A stretch of 64,000 bases of DNA. Source: the human T2T-CHM13v2.0 reference genome, Homo sapiens. The stretch lies in NCBI RefSeq assembly GCF_009914755.1, contig NC_060929.1; one strand, 5' to 3'. The notes below the pieces were generated by a model. It was not told the origin of the DNA and ran no database searches. It saw only the letters and a program-made list of their open reading frames with translations. This document shows positions 1-23,775 of the stretch, piece by piece (the stretch's first letter is position 1; every line of letters begins with the position of its first letter). Position numbers and translations under genes: made by a program.

Positions 1-873
1 TTCTATCACTATAAAATAGTTGTATTTTCTAAATCTTATTTAAATGAAATCATATTCTCTATGTACTTTTTTGTCTGACTTCTTTCAATCAACATATGCA
101 TTTTCAGATTTATCCATGTTGTATATATCAGTAGTTTGTTCCTTTTATTGCTAAGTAGTATTCCATTATATAGATATACCACAAGTATTTTATAACCATA
201 TGCTATTATTTTGCTTGAGCAAATGTCTGGAAGTGGAATGGCTAAGTCATGTGATAGGTGTATGTTCAACTTTTTGAAAACTGCCAAACTGTTTTCCAAA
301 CTGGTTGTGCCATTGTACATCCTACAAGTAGTGCATAAACTATCCTGTTAACTCCATATCCTTGTTAACACTTCGTGTGGTCACTTTCTAATTTTAGCCA
401 TTCTAATAGTTTGCAGTGTTACTTTGTGGTTTTGATTTACATTTAATTAATAATGATGTTGAGCATTGTTTCATGTGCTTATTTGTCATCCGTATATATT
501 CTTTGGTGCAGTATATATTCAACTCTTTTTATCCATTTTTTATTGTGTTGTTTGTTATTTACTATTGAATTTTTAGACTTCTTTATATTCTTTGGATACA
601 AATCCTTTATCAGATATATGATTTGTAAATATTTCTCTCAAACGGTGGCTTATATTTTTTGTCCTCTTAATGGTGTCTTTCAAAAAACAAAACTTAAATT
701 TTGGGAAAGTCTAACTTATTAACTTTGTTCATTTTTGAATCTAGTTATTGGTTCTAAGAAATCTTTGCCTGACTCAAACTCAAAAAGATCTTCTATGTGT
801 TTTTTTTTTAGAAATTTTGTAGTTTTAAGATTTTACATTAAGATTTGATTCACTTTGACTTAATGTTTATATA
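1..873 (-). mobile_element. Old L1M (L1MB/L1MC-type) fragment, ORF2 3' end/3'UTR, interrupted by Tigger3b
   Basis: Antisense L1 motifs (ctgccaaactgttttccaaa, ttttagccattctaatag, tcctttatcagatatatgatttg). ORF 36..320 resembles the degenerate ORF2 C-terminus. Confidence 0.75.
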
Positions 874-1030
874 TACAGTCACATATCCCTTAACAATGGG
901 GATACAGTCTGCGAAATGTGTTGCTAGGTGATTTTATCGTTGTGTAAACACCATGTGAGTGTTCTTACACAAAGCTTACTCAAAACTAGATAGTATAGTT
1001 TACTATACACCTAGGCTATATGGTGTGGCC

Positions 1031-1250
1031 CAAGCTTGTCCAATCTGTGGCCAGTGGGCCACATGTGGCCCAGGACAGCTCTGAATGTGCCCCAACACAA
1101 ATTCATAAACCTTCTTAAAACATTATGAGACTTTTTTGTGATTTTTTTTTTTTAGCTCATCAGCTATCATTAGTGTTAGCATATTTTATGTATGGCCCAA
1201 GACAATTCTTCCAGCGTGACCCAGGGAAGCCAAAAGATTGGATACCCCTG
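1031..1250 (-). mobile_element. MER30 (hAT-Charlie MITE) nested in Tigger3b
   Basis: Termini CAAGCTTGTCCAA and TTGGATACCCCTG. Degenerate 8-bp TSD GTGTGGCC/GTATAGGC. Confidence 0.9.
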
Positions 1251-1394
1251 GTATAGGCTATTGTTCCTAGGCTATAATCCTGTATAGCATATTACTGTAC
1301 TGAACATTGCAGGCGACTGTAATACACAGGTAAGTATTTGTGTATTTAAACATATCTAAACATAGAAAAGGTACAGTAAAAATACGGTCTAAAA

Positions 1395-1731
<337 letters not shown>

Positions 1732-2546
1732 CTAGGACATTACACTGCTGTAGGATTTATAAATACTGTGCATTTAGGCTGCACTGAATGTATTTAAATT
1801 TTTTTCTCTCTTTAATAACAACTTCGGCTTACTGTAACTTTTTTACTTTATGAACTTTTTAATTTTTAACTTGACTGTTTTGTAATCACACGTAGCTTAA
1901 AACACAAATACATTATACAACTGTACAAAAATATTCAAAAATATTTTCTTTATATCTTTATTCTATAAGCTTTTTTCTACTTTTAAATTCTTCTTTTTCC
2001 TTTTGAAGTTTTTTACTTAAAAAGAAGACAAAATCACACAAAAGCCTAAGCCAACACAGGGTCAAGATCATCAATATAACTGTCTTCCACTTCCACATCT
2101 TGTTCCACTGATGGGTCTTCAGGGGCAATAACATGTATGAAGCTGTCATCTCCTATGATAACAATGCCTTCTTCTGGAATACCTCCATACGGACCTGTCT
2201 GAGGCTATTTTACAATTAAAATTTTCTTTTTATAGGTAGGAGTACACTCTAAAATAACAATAAAAATATAGGATAATAAACATATAGTCATTTATTGTTA
2301 TTATCAAGTATTATGTACTGTACATAATTGTATGTGCTATACTTTTATAAAACTGGCAGTGTAGATTTGTTTACACCAGCATAACTACAAATGCATGAGT
2401 AATGTGTTGCTCTACGAAATTATCATGGCTACAGTGTCACCAGGTGATAGGAATTTTTCAGCTCCATTATAATTAATCTTATGACACCACCTTTGTGTTT
2501 GCAGTCCATTAGTTACTGAAACATTGTTAAATAGGGCATGACTGTA

Positions 2547-3140
2547 GTGCAAAGTATGGATCGAAGTACACATATTTCCATATTGATGGCTGTTTGTTCT
2601 AGACCATTTGTTGAAAAGACAATCCTTTCCCTACTGAATTGCCCTTCAACTTTTGTTGAAAATGAATTGCCCATATATACATGGGTTTATTCTATATATT
2701 ATATATGGGTCTATTCTGTCCCATTCATCTATTTATCTATGTTTACAGGAATACTAGTATCTTGATCACTATGGTTTTATAAGTCTTGAAGTCAAGTGTA
2801 AGTCCTCCCACATTTTTCAAAGTTGTTTTGTCTGTTCTACGTCATATGCATGTCCATGTGAATTTTAGGATCAACTAATCAATTTCTACGAAAAAAAAGC
2901 CTGCTAGAATTTTGATTGGGATTGCATTGAATATATAAATCAATTTGAAGAAAATTGACATCTTACTACTATTGGGTAGTACCACCCATGAGTGTGTTAC
3001 ATCTTTCCATTTATTAAGGTCATCTTTAATTTCCCTGAGCACTGTTTTGTAGTTTTCAATGTAGAGGTCTTGTATATATTTGTCAGATTTCTTCATAAGT
3101 ATTTTACATTTTTATGCTACCATAAATGGTATTGTCTTTC
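2547..3140 (-). mobile_element. Old L1M ORF2 fragment (continuation of 1-873)
   Basis: ORF 2875..3096 (QDLYIENYKTVLREIKDDLNKWK..FNAIPIKI) is L1 ORF2p-like. Confidence 0.8.
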
Positions 3141-3155
3141 GTAATTGATAGACTT

Positions 3156-3858
3156 AGTCAGGAAACAACAAATGATGGTGAGGATGTGGAGAAATAGGAA
3201 CACTTTTACACTGTTGGTGGGAGTGTAAATTAGTTCAGCCATTGTGAAAGACAGTGTGGCAATTCCTCAAGGATCTAGAACCGGAAATACCATTTGACCC
3301 AGCAATCCCATTACGGGGTATATACCCAAAGGATTATAAATCATTCTACTATAAAGACACATGCACACGTATGTTTATTGCAGCACTATTTACAATAGCA
3401 AAGACTTGCAACCAACCCAAATGCCCATCAGTGACACACTGGATAAAGTAAATGTGGCACATATACACCATGGAATACTATGCAGCCATAAAAAAATAAT
3501 CAGTTCATGTCCTTTGCAAGGACATGGATGAAGCTGGAAACCATCATTCTCAGCAAACTAACACAGGAACAGAAAACCAAACGCTACATGTTCTCACTCA
3601 TAAGTGGGAGTTGAACAATGAGAACACATGGACACAGGGAGGGGAACATCACACACAGGGGCCTGTTGGGGGATCGGGGCAAGGGGAGGGAGAGCATTAG
3701 GACAACTACCTAATGCATACGGGGCTTAAAACCTAGATGATGTATTGATAGGTGCAGGAAACCACAATGGCCACATGTATATCTATGTAACAAACCTGCA
3801 TGTTCTGCACATGTACCCTAGAACTTAAAATAAAATAAAAAATAAAAATAAAAAAAGA
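3156..3858 (+). mobile_element. 5'-truncated L1PA7/8-like 3' end
   Basis: ORF2 C-terminal peptide (EIPFDPAIPL..YKSFYYKDTCTRMFIAALFTIAK), 3'UTR, (TAAAA)n tail, and perfect 13-bp TSD AATTGATAGACTT (3143-3155, 3859-3871). Confidence 0.95.
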
Positions 3859-3871
3859 AATTGATAGACTT

Positions 3872-4190
3872 TTAGAGGAGTTTAGACCTATAGAAAAATT
3901 AAGCATAGAGTTCCCACATACCGTCCTTTCTGACGCCCCTCACAGTTTCACCCATTATTAATATCGTGCATTAATTTTTTTGTGACTGACTTCTTTTACC
4001 TGCCTTAATGTTTTCAGAGTTTATCCACATTGTATCAAGTATCAGCACTTAGTTCCTTTATCACCAAATAATATTCCATTGTATGCATATAACACATTTT
4101 GTTTATCTACTTCATCACTTGAAGGACATGTGAGTTTTTTCCACCTCTTGGCTATTATGAATAATGCTATACAGTGAACATCCTTGTGCA
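3872..4190 (-). mobile_element. Old L1M 3'UTR fragment
   Basis: Antisense L1M 3' motifs (aatattccattgtatg, ttggctattatgaataatgct). Confidence 0.6.
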
Positions 4191-4199
4191 TTCACTTTG

Positions 4200-4871
4200 C
4201 TTTAAGCCTTCATGAGCAGTCTCCTCAAAGACCACCATGCTTCTACAAACAGTTTAAGACTCTCCAAGTTTTCATTAACAAATTCTTCCAAATCCTTCCA
4301 GCTTCTGCCCACTACAAGGTTTCAAACCATTCACATATTTTAGGTTTTTCTTTAGGTCAGCACCCCACACCTGGATACCAAAATTCTGTATTAGTTACCT
4401 ATTGCTGCATAACAAGTGACTCCAAAATTAACAGGCTTAAAAAAACATTAAGTTTTTCATAGTTTCTATGGATCAGGAATTCGGAACAACTTAGCTGAGA
4501 AGTTTTGCAACTTATGAGGCTGTAGGCAAAATGTTGACCAAGGCTATATAAATCTGAAGACTTGATTTAAGTAGAGAATCTACTAAGATGACTCATTCTC
4601 ATGGCTGACAGGAAGCCTCGGTTCCTTACCATATGCACCTCTCCATAGTGCTGCTTTCATATCCTTATGATATGGTATCTGGGTTCCCCAGAACAAGTGA
4701 TTCCTTTGGTATGGTGGGGAGAAGAGGCATGAGAAAGCTACAATGCCTGCTATTAACTATTCTGTAAAGTGACACATGTCACTAAGTCTAGCCCACATTC
4801 AAGGGAAGGAGAGTTAGTCTTCATCTTTTGAATCCCTTCAAAGAAACTGTAGACATACTTTAACTACCACA
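4200..4871 (-). mobile_element. MaLR MLT1 LTR (4387-4871) with adjoining internal fragment
   Basis: cagcaccccac..taccaaaattc|TGTATTAGTT is the MaLR internal/LTR junction. The LTR ends ..ACCACA. Confidence 0.75.
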
Positions 4872-4985
4872 GATAGCAACCCAGAGTTCCAAAACGGACT
4901 GATAAACACACTGAATGCAACCATGACTCAGATAAGGATTGGAATAGATGACTTCCTAAGATATCTTTCAGCTCATAGGAATTTA

Positions 4986-5367
<382 letters not shown>

Positions 5368-5559
5368 CACCTAATGAATGCATATCTTTTCTTTCCTGGC
5401 CAGGCTTCATGATTACTACCTTCTCCACACTCAAGCTAAGATGCCCTTAATAGGAACATGTTACTTACCATTAGATCAAGTCTTTCAACCTCCTCCTGCC
5501 CCACTTTTCTGGCTTCTGGTCCATGCAGGGCCAGTTTCTTTACTTTCTGTCTTTTAGAA

Positions 5560-5800
5560 CAGTGGTCTCCAAAATGGCACAGAGATGACCCATTACAGTA
5601 AAGGGAGAAAGCGTCTGAACTTCTATTTCTGTTTATCTTTTAATCTGAAAATAAAAGACTGAATGAAAAGAACAAAAGAAATAAAGACTAGTAATGCCCA
5701 TAATTTATGTAAATTTGAATAAATATACAAATTTTTGAGGGTGAATGCTCAAAATTTTTTTACAAATTAAGATACATGATGAAAAGTCTAAAGAACATTG
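5560..5800. mobile_element. Degenerate hAT-Charlie MITE
   Basis: CAGTGGTCTCCAAA and ..AGAACATTG termini with TAGA-type target context (ttttagaa/gtctagat). Confidence 0.4.
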
Positions 5801-5824
5801 GTCTAGATGTAGCACTGAAATTCT

Positions 5825-11234
<5,410 letters not shown>

Positions 11235-11569
11235 AGCACTGAAATTCTGTTAACACTTTGGACGTCTCTCTGATCTGCAAACTTGAGGATTGATTCTCAG
11301 CTGCCTGCCCTTTCCTCCCTCCGTGTTAACAATCATTCCATTTTATCTCTCTCTTGTTCTTCAGTTTTCTCATTTGACCTGCTTGGACTGTAGATTGCTG
11401 TCCAGTGCACCCATAGCACCTCTAACCTGTAGTCACAGAGTAAAATATTTTACTATTTTACAAATAAATAGAAATATTAGTATAGAGTGGAGGATTAACT
11501 AAGGCATATGGTTTAATCATGAAAGGCTGAGGCAGTGTGAGGAGTCTTGTGCTTTCAGGAAAGGCAGAC

Positions 11570-15680
<4,111 letters not shown>

Positions 15681-15859
15681 AGATTAAACACACACAGACA
15701 GGCAAGAGATGCTAATAAATAACTAAACATTCTTATGCATTAGATACTTTTATCCTTTTGGTTCCCAACTATGTCTTACTCCCAGGGTCCTCTCAGCAGC
15801 CTTCTCTGGTTGGCCCTGTAAGCATCATCACATGACTCAGTTTAATGACAGCTCCAAAA

Positions 15860-16060
15860 ATAGCAACTACCATTTCATAAATGCTTACTATATGCCAAGC
15901 TTTATAGTAGAAGCTTTACACGTATTATTTACTTTAATTCTTACCCAAAAACCCTATAAAAATACATACTATTTTTCCATTTTACAAATAAGAAAACCTG
16001 TATCATGGAGAGAGTGATTTGATTATGTAATATAATTGTGGAGCTGGAAGAATCTGAATG
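15860..16060 (-). mobile_element. MIR
   Basis: tgcttactatatgccaagc ... ccattttacaaataagaaaac core. Confidence 0.65.
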
Positions 16061-16444
16061 TTTTGTTCTTTCTATTGTATTTACCTGTAACAGAAAGCCT
16101 GTGCTCTTTTCACTTTGTTCATCTGCTACTCTGGAAGGTTTTTAAAGGTTTTGTTCTCATTTCATCTCACTGATTGAGAAAGAGCAAAGCTCAAGTACCA
16201 TTTTCTTATACCTTTGGCTGTTCCTTTTATACAACATCCAAATAACCCAAGTTTAATATGCCCACTAAAGATTTTCCCGTTCAACAATGAAATTACATTT
16301 TATAGACTAATTTTACAAGATTTTCCATATTTGCTTAACTATCTTCCAAAATTTTGCAAAAGAATCCAAGATATAAAATCAAGAGAATGTTTTACTTTCT
16401 TTTGGTGGCAGGTAGCATTACAGAATACCAGTTTTCAAAAGCCA

Positions 16445-16650
16445 ATGGAGTATCATGGTCAAGAGTACAGCCTTTAAAGTCAGAAAAACCTAGGTTTGAG
16501 TCAACTTTTCCAATTTAGGCCTATGTGATCTTGGATAAATTATACAATGTATCTAGGTATTCATGTTTCGTGGCCATAATGAAGTACAATTTAAGCCATA
16601 GGATGGGATACTTAGGTAACACACAAAATGGAACTAAGCACTAAATAGTT
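16445..16650 (+). mobile_element. MIR
   Basis: tRNA-like head (ggtcaagagtacagcctttaaagtcaga..ctaggtttgagtc), then tgtgatcttggataaatt. Confidence 0.6.
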
Positions 16651-17017
16651 ACACTTTAGGAGGGGCCGAAAGACCAGGGGCAACCACAGAGCCTTCAGTG
16701 CAGAAACTCTTCTACTAGTTCTGGGTTCTATCATCAGACAGCTCACTTAGCTTCTTTCCAGCCTGTTTGAACACCCAGCTCCCCAGAGACAGATATTAAT
16801 TGCTGATTGATCATGGGTCACTCTGTCATCAGGGGCAGAACCTGTTATCAGAAGAAGGAGTCAAAAACACACTTGGCAAACAAAAACATACCTATAACAC
16901 TTGGCCTCTCTTAGCCTCACTTTCTTCATCTGTAAAATTGGCATGTTCATTTGTTTATTGCGAGGTTACAGTATGTAAAGTATGTAACCTCTGAAATATG
17001 TGGTAACTTTTGGTGGC

Positions 17018-17028
17018 AGTAGTAGTAT

Positions 17029-17073
<45 letters not shown>

Positions 17074-17085
17074 CAGTGGTAGTAG
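17018..17085. repeat. (AGT)n trinucleotide microsatellite
   Basis: About 22 units, mostly perfect, seen directly. Confidence 0.95.
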
Positions 17086-17595
17086 ACGACTTGTACTGAC
17101 TAGTAGCTCTTTGTTGCAAGGTGATCTTTGGGTTCAGGACCTCAGGTGGTATTTTTGAAGGATTAATAGGGATGTTGTCACCCTTTTTACCCTGAGCTGG
17201 CTAAAGAGATAGTCAAAGTCCCCATGTACCTATAAGGCTTGTGTTCTCATTCCTCTACAAAACTGACTGTGTTCTCTAATAACTATATGATGGGCTGGGA
17301 GATTAATTTTGCAGTATTTTGTGATGTCCAGCTCTTCCCCTGCATTTTCACTACTTCTACACGTGTTCTTATCCAAGGTGCCATCCATCTTCGGTAGGCC
17401 TCTGCATACATATTGTGACTAGTGGAGACAAAGTGAGGCACTAGAGCCTCTGGCATTAGTTGGCATATTTCCTTGTCCAAGTAGGGAATCTGGCAGTATC
17501 TTCTTTTTATATATTATTCCATTGCTCTCAACTGCTTCAGGAAAATTGAATTATGTTAGTTTTTCCAAGGAAGGAACAGAGGCCCTTTTGTCTGA

Positions 17596-18147
17596 TGTGT
17601 TGGTTAATTCTATATGTCAGCTTCACTGGGCGATGGGGTGCCCAGGTATTTGGTAAGACATTATTCTCTGTGTGTCTGTGAAGGTGTTTGGTGATAAAAT
17701 TGGCATTTGAATTGGTAGACTGAGTAGAGCAGATTACCCTTCCTAATGTGGGTGGCCCTCATCCAATCAATTGAGGGCCTGAATAGAACAAAAAGGCTGA
17801 TCCTCCTGCAAATAAGGAGGAACTCCATCTGCCTATCTTCTTTGAACTGGGACATTTGTTTCTTCCTTCTCAGACTCAACCAAAATATTGACTCTTGTTG
17901 GGTCTGAAGCCTGCTGGCTTTCAGACTGGAACTTACACTATCAGCTCTCCTGGGTCTCAGGCCTTTGAACTCAAACTGGAACTACATCACTGGCGCTCCT
18001 GGTCTCCAGTTTGCTGACTGCAGACCTTGAAACTTCTCGGGCTCCATTAACCTCTTTTATATATAGAGAGAGATACATACACACACACACACAAACATAC
18101 ACACACACACACATTGGTTGTATATCTGGAGAATCCTGATTAATATA
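17596..18147 (+). mobile_element. MLT2 (ERVL) solo LTR with internal (TA)/(GA)/(CA) repeat
   Basis: Starts TGTGTTGGTTAATTCTATATGTCAGCTT, contains agattacccttcctaatgtgggtgg, ends ctggagaatcctgattaata. Confidence 0.88.
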
Positions 18148-18383
18148 CCCGATAAATTCAAAACAAAACAAAACTTGAAAAAAAAATTTTTCAGGTGAAT
18201 ATTTGTTTTTTAGCATCTGAGTTTCAGTCCAAACAGGGAAGGAAAGAGAGGAAGTGTCTTCAAAAAATATAGACACCCCCCAAAAATATATTAAATCAAT
18301 AATAATTTAGATCCAAGATGTTATTGATGGTTGGAGTATAGACCACTACCCATACAAAAAGCACTGTAGGAAATGGAGTTCTT

Positions 18384-18721
18384 CAGAGAGTAGAATTGTG
18401 GTTACCAAGGGCTAGGCAGGAAGGCAGATTGGGAAGATGTGGTCAAAGGATTCAAAATTTCAGTTAGAGAGGAGTAAGTTGAAGAGCTCTATTATACAAA
18501 ATGGTGACTATGGTTAATAACAATGTATTATATCCTCGAATATTGCTGAGAGTAGGTTTTAAGTATTCTTGCCACAAATAAAAAAAAACTGTGTCAGGTA
18601 TGTGAGGTAATGTATGTGTTAATTAGCTTGATTCAGCCATCCAATATATATTTCAAAACATGATGTTGTACACCAAAATATATACAACTGTTGTATATAT
18701 ATTCAAAAAGGGAAAAAAAGA
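18384..18721 (+). mobile_element. 5'-truncated L1MA 3' end
   Basis: cagagagtagaattgtggttacc.. L1MA 3'UTR with 13-bp TSD AAATGGAGTTCTT (18371-18383, 18722-18734). Confidence 0.9.
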
Positions 18722-19494
18722 AAATGGAGTTCTTAATTTAGCAGATGATGCTTAAATTCTTTTTAATCTAGAAAGTATCTATATTATTCTAAGATACAAA
18801 AATTAAAATAAGACCAGTTGGTCTTTACTGTTTTTCTCAGTTTTAACAAATGTAATGCAATCTTAGCTTGGATCTTCTCTGCTCTTTTTTCTTCATTTTT
18901 TCTGTTTAATATAATAGTATCTCTCACTTTCTTAAATGGTTGTATGTTACTGCTATGTTCTATGGAACATCTACCAGAGTCCTGTCCAATTCTCTACCCA
19001 CCCACCTCCACGTCCATCCCTCAGTGATTCCACATTGAACATGAGCAAAGCCATTCTTCCGGAGTTTATAAAACCCTTCAAGATTATTGAAAATGAATGG
19101 TGTTATATAAATGTCATGTTGTTTCATAGCAGTTCTTAAAACAATGAGATAATGTCTGTTAAATAATTTTAAGTTCCATGGAGAAATGCAGGGCATAAAT
19201 ACAAGTCATTTTTTATTATGTGATTTCCATATATTTTTGCTGTACAATTTAAAACATTATAATCTCTAAAGATATAAATGCTTTCTTTGTGTTTCTATAT
19301 GTATGTGTACACACGTATATGCTGCCTATATAAAATTAATAAATAATTTTGTTGCTTCGTTTTGTCATTTGGGCCCAGTAAATTTGTCACCATAAATACT
19401 GGCCAGAGAAAAATTAGAAATCTAAAGCAGTTTCTTTTAGTATTAGACATAGTGTTTACTTCTTAACTTTGTACTTGTGTATTACTGAAATTTT

Positions 19495-22400
19495 TTTCTT
19501 TTCTACTTTTATTTTAGGTTCAGAGGGTGCAAGTGCAGGTTTGTTACATGGGTAAATTGGGTGTCATTGAGGCTTGGTGTACACATGATCCCATCCCAAG
19601 GTAGTGAGCATAGTACCCTATAGGTAGCCTTCCAACCTACACCCTCATCCTACTCCCCACCTCCAGCAGTCTCCAGTATCTATTGTTCTCGTCTTTGTGG
19701 CCATGTGTATTCAGTGTCTATCTTCCACTTATAAGTGGGAACATGCAGTATATGGTTTTCTGTTGCTGTGTTAGTTACCTTAGGATAATAGTCTCCAGTG
19801 CCATCCATGTTGCTGCAAAGGACATGATCTCATTCTTTTTATGGCTGCATAGTATTCTTTGGTGTCTATGTACCACACTTTCTAAATACAGTCCACCATT
19901 AATGGGCACCTTGGTTGATTCCATGTCCTTGTCTGTTCTTGCTTTGGCTCTGAGCTTGGTTGTTATCAATGTATAGAAATGCTACTGATTTTTGTGTGTT
20001 TGTTTTGTATCCTGAATGTGCATTTGTCTTTTTGGTAGACACATTGATTTTCTTTTGGATATTTACCCAATAGTGGGATTGCTGGGTCAAATTGTAGTTC
20101 TGTTTTAAGTTCTTTGAGAAATCTCCACAATGCTTTCCACAGTGGCCGAACTAATTTATATTCCCATCAACAGTATTCTATGCATTCCCTTTTCTTCTCT
20201 CAGGTTCAAGTGATTCTTCCACCTCAGCCTTCCGAGTAGCTGGGATTACAGGCACCCGCCATCATGCCCAGCTAATTTTTGTACTTTTTTTTGTAGAGAC
20301 AGGGTTTCACCATGTTGGCCAGGCTGGTCTCAAACTCCTGACCTCAGGTAATCCTTCTGCCACGGCCTCCCAAAGTGCTGGGATTACAGGTGTGAGCCAC
20401 CACACCCACCCGTCATTTATTGGCTTACGTATATTGAACCAACCTTACATTCCAGGGATAAAGCCTACTTGATTGTGGTGAATTAACTTTTTGATGTGCT
20501 GCTGGATTTGGTTTGCTAGTATTTTGTTGAGGATTTTTACATCCATGTTTATCAGGGATATTGTCCTGAAGTTTTCTCTTTTCATTGTGTCTCTGCTAGG
20601 CTTTGGTATCCGAATGATGCTGGCTTCATAGAATGAGTTAGGGAGGAATCCCCGTCCCTCAATTTTTGGAAAAGGTACTAGCTCTTCTTTTAGGTCTGGT
20701 AGAATTCAGCTGTGAATCCATCTAGACCAGGGATTTTTTGGTTGGTAGGCTTGTTTTACTAATTCAGTTTCAGAAATTGTTATTGATCCATTCAAGCTTT
20801 TAGTTTTTTCCTGATCAATCTGAGAAGGCTGTGTGTTTTCAGGAATTTATCCATTTCTTCTAAGATTTCCAGTTTGTGTCCATAGAGGTGTCTCTAATAG
20901 TTTCCAAGGATTTTTTGTATTTCTGTGGGGTCAGTTTTAATGTCATTTTTGTCATATATGATTGTGTTTATTTGGATCTTCTCTCTTTTTTTTCTTTGTT
21001 AATCTACCTAGGGGTCTATCAATTTTGTTTAATCTTTTGAAGAACCAACTTTTAATTTTATTGATCTTTTTTATGGATTTTTGCACCTTGATTTTATTCA
21101 ATTCAGCTCTGATTTTGGTTATTCTTCTGCTAGGCTTTGGGGTTGGTTTGCTCTTGTTTCTCTAGGTACAATGTTACGTTATGAATTTGAGATCTTTCTA
21201 ACTTCTTGTTGTAGCTGTTTAGTGCTATACATTTCCTCCCTACACTGCTCTGTGTTCCAGAGATTCTGGTATGTTGTGTCTCTATTTTCATTAGTTTCAA
21301 ATAATTTTTTATTTCTGCCTCAGTCTTATTCTTTACCCAAAAGTCAGTCAAGAGCAAGTTGTTTAATTTCCATGTAAGTGTATGGTTTTGATACATCTTG
21401 GTATCTATTTCTTTTTTATTGCTCTGTGATCTGAGAGTGTAGTTAGTATGGTTTTGATTTTTTTTTAATTTGTTGAGACTTGCTTCATGGCCTAGCTTGC
21501 GGTCAGTCTTAGTGTAGCTCCCATGTGCAGATGAGAAGAATGTATATTCTGGTCTTGTTGGGTGGAGTGTTCTGTAGATCTCTATTAAGACCAGTTGGTT
21601 AAGCGTCGAGTTTAAGTACAGAATAACCCCTTCTCTTTTTTGTCTTCCATTTGCCTGGTAGATCCTTCTCTTTTTACTTTGAGCTTATGGGTAATCCTAC
21701 TTGAGATAGGTCTCTTGAAGGCAGCAGACAGTTGGGTCTTGCTTCTTTATCCATCTTGCCAATCTGTGCCTTTTGAGTGAGGCATTTAGACCATTTACAT
21801 TCAGGGTCAATATTGATATTTGAGGATTTGATCCTCTCATCATGTTGTTACCTGTGTGTTATGTAGACTTGATTGTATAGTTGCTTTATAGTGTCAGTGG
21901 GTTACATGCCTAAGTGTGTTTTTGTGGTGGCAAGTAGAATTCTTTTGTTTCCATATGTAGCACTCCCTTTGGGACCTCTTGTAAGGCAGGTCTAATGGTA
22001 ACAAAGTCCCTTAGCATTTGCTTGTCTGAAAAGGATTTCATTTCTCCTTCGCTTATGAAGCTTAGTTTGGCAGAATATGAAATTCTTGGTTGGAACTTCT
22101 TTTATTTTATGATGTTGAAAATAGGCCCCCAGTCACTTCTGGCCTGTAAGGTTTCTGCTGAAAGGTGTTAGCCTGATGAGGTTTCCTTTGTAAGTGACCT
22201 GCTCTTTCTAATTGTCTTTAAGATTTTTTCTTTCACATTGAGTTAGAGAATCTCATGACTGTGTCTTACATAGCTTCTCACTGGGGTTCTCTGAATTTCT
22301 TGAATTTGAATGTCAATCTCTCTAGTGAGATTGGAAACATTTTCATGGACTATATCCTCAAATATGTTTTCCATATTACTTACCCTCTCTTATTCTCTTT

Positions 22401-23775
22401 CAGGAATGTCAATGAATTATAGGTTTGGTGTTTTTACATAATCCCATATTTATCAGAGGTTTTGTTCATTTTTTACATTCTTTTTTCTTTATTTTTGTCT
22501 GCCTGTGTGGCTTCAAAGGAGCAGTCTTCAACCTCTGAGATTCTTTCCTCAGCTTGGTCTATTTTGTTAATGCTTCTGTTGTATTTTGAAATTCCTGTAG
22601 TGAATTTTTCATATCCAGAAGTTCAGTTTGGTTCTTTCTTTAAATGGTTATTTCATCTTTCAACTCTCGTATCAGTTTACTGTTTTCCTTGGATTGGGTT
22701 TCAATCTTCTCTTGTGTCTCAATGAGCTTCCTTGCCATTCAGATTCTTAATTCTGTCTGACATTTCAGCCATTTCAATCTGGTTCAAAACCATTGCTGGG
22801 GAGCTAGTGTGATTGTTTGGAGATAAGAAAACACTCTGACTGTTAGAGTTCCCAGAGTTCTTGCACTGGTTCTTTCTCATCTGTGGGGGCTGATGTTCCT
22901 TTATCCTTTGAAGTTGTTTTCCTTTGGATAGAGCTTTTTATTTTTATGATCTTCATTGTCCTTGAGGGTTTGACTGTGGTGCAAGTTAGGAAAGTTAAAT
23001 GACTTCGTTTCTGGATGCTTTTGGAGGGCGCGGGCTCAGCTTCACACTCCTGGGCTGCGTGCTCTAACCCTGGGTGGCTGGGACTGGGTCCATGGCTTTG
23101 CCCTCTCATCTCTCAAGGTTAAGCCCCAGTTGGGCTGTTGGTGCCAGATGTTCTCAGGCTGCTGGCAACAGTACTCTGTTGAGGGTGCTGTGTGCATAAG
23201 TGCTCTGATGGAGGTGCCACAGGTAGGAGGTGCTGCAGCAGGGGTGCAAATGTACTTCAAAGGGGCAGTGGCAGGTCAGAGGTGAACACTTTCCAGCAGG
23301 ACGCTGTCAGCAAAAGTGCTGAGGTGGGGCAGTGGGGGACTCCAGTAAAAGCACTATTGTGGTAGTCACTGGCGAAAGCACTCTGGCAGGATATCTGAGG
23401 CTGTGCTGCATTCAGACATGGCCAAGACCAGACTCTGAGAGGGGCCACTGGACAACAGGATGTACAGATCAGACCTGTCTCAGCAGGACTGGGAAAGACA
23501 GTCGGGCTCCCTCCAGGTCCAACAGCTTACACAGATCACAGCCACCCCTTCCTTAGGAGCCATTAAGGGCTTGAGATGCATCTCAGCACTCAGCAACCTC
23601 ATGTGGGGTTTCCAGCTTCCTCCCTCTTCAGTCCTGGTGTCTGAGTCATCTCTCTAACCTCTCTCGGTGCATCTGTCAGAGGGTCTGTGTGGACTATGCT
23701 AGTTTACTCAATATTCTGGTCTGTCTCAATGGGAGAGGTTTTTCCTGGCTGTATCTAGTCGGCCGTCTTTGTTCT
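19495..23775 (-). mobile_element. Older L1PA (L1PA13-16-like) retaining both ends, with several internal deletions
   Basis: 3' end tttattttaggttcagagggt..gttacatgggtaaatt; ORF2 peptide 21130..21396; GC-rich 5'UTR ending ctagtcggccgtctt (AAGACGGCCGACTAG on the L1 strand). Confidence 0.88.
20196..20411 (-). mobile_element. AluS lacking its 3' ~70 nt and poly(A)
   Basis: Left monomer plus part of the right monomer, with no T tract. Confidence 0.9.

Noticed and set aside
18243-18256. AAAGAGAGGAAGTG PU.1-like motif
   Set aside because: A single short motif is expected by chance in 64 kb, and there is no supporting context.
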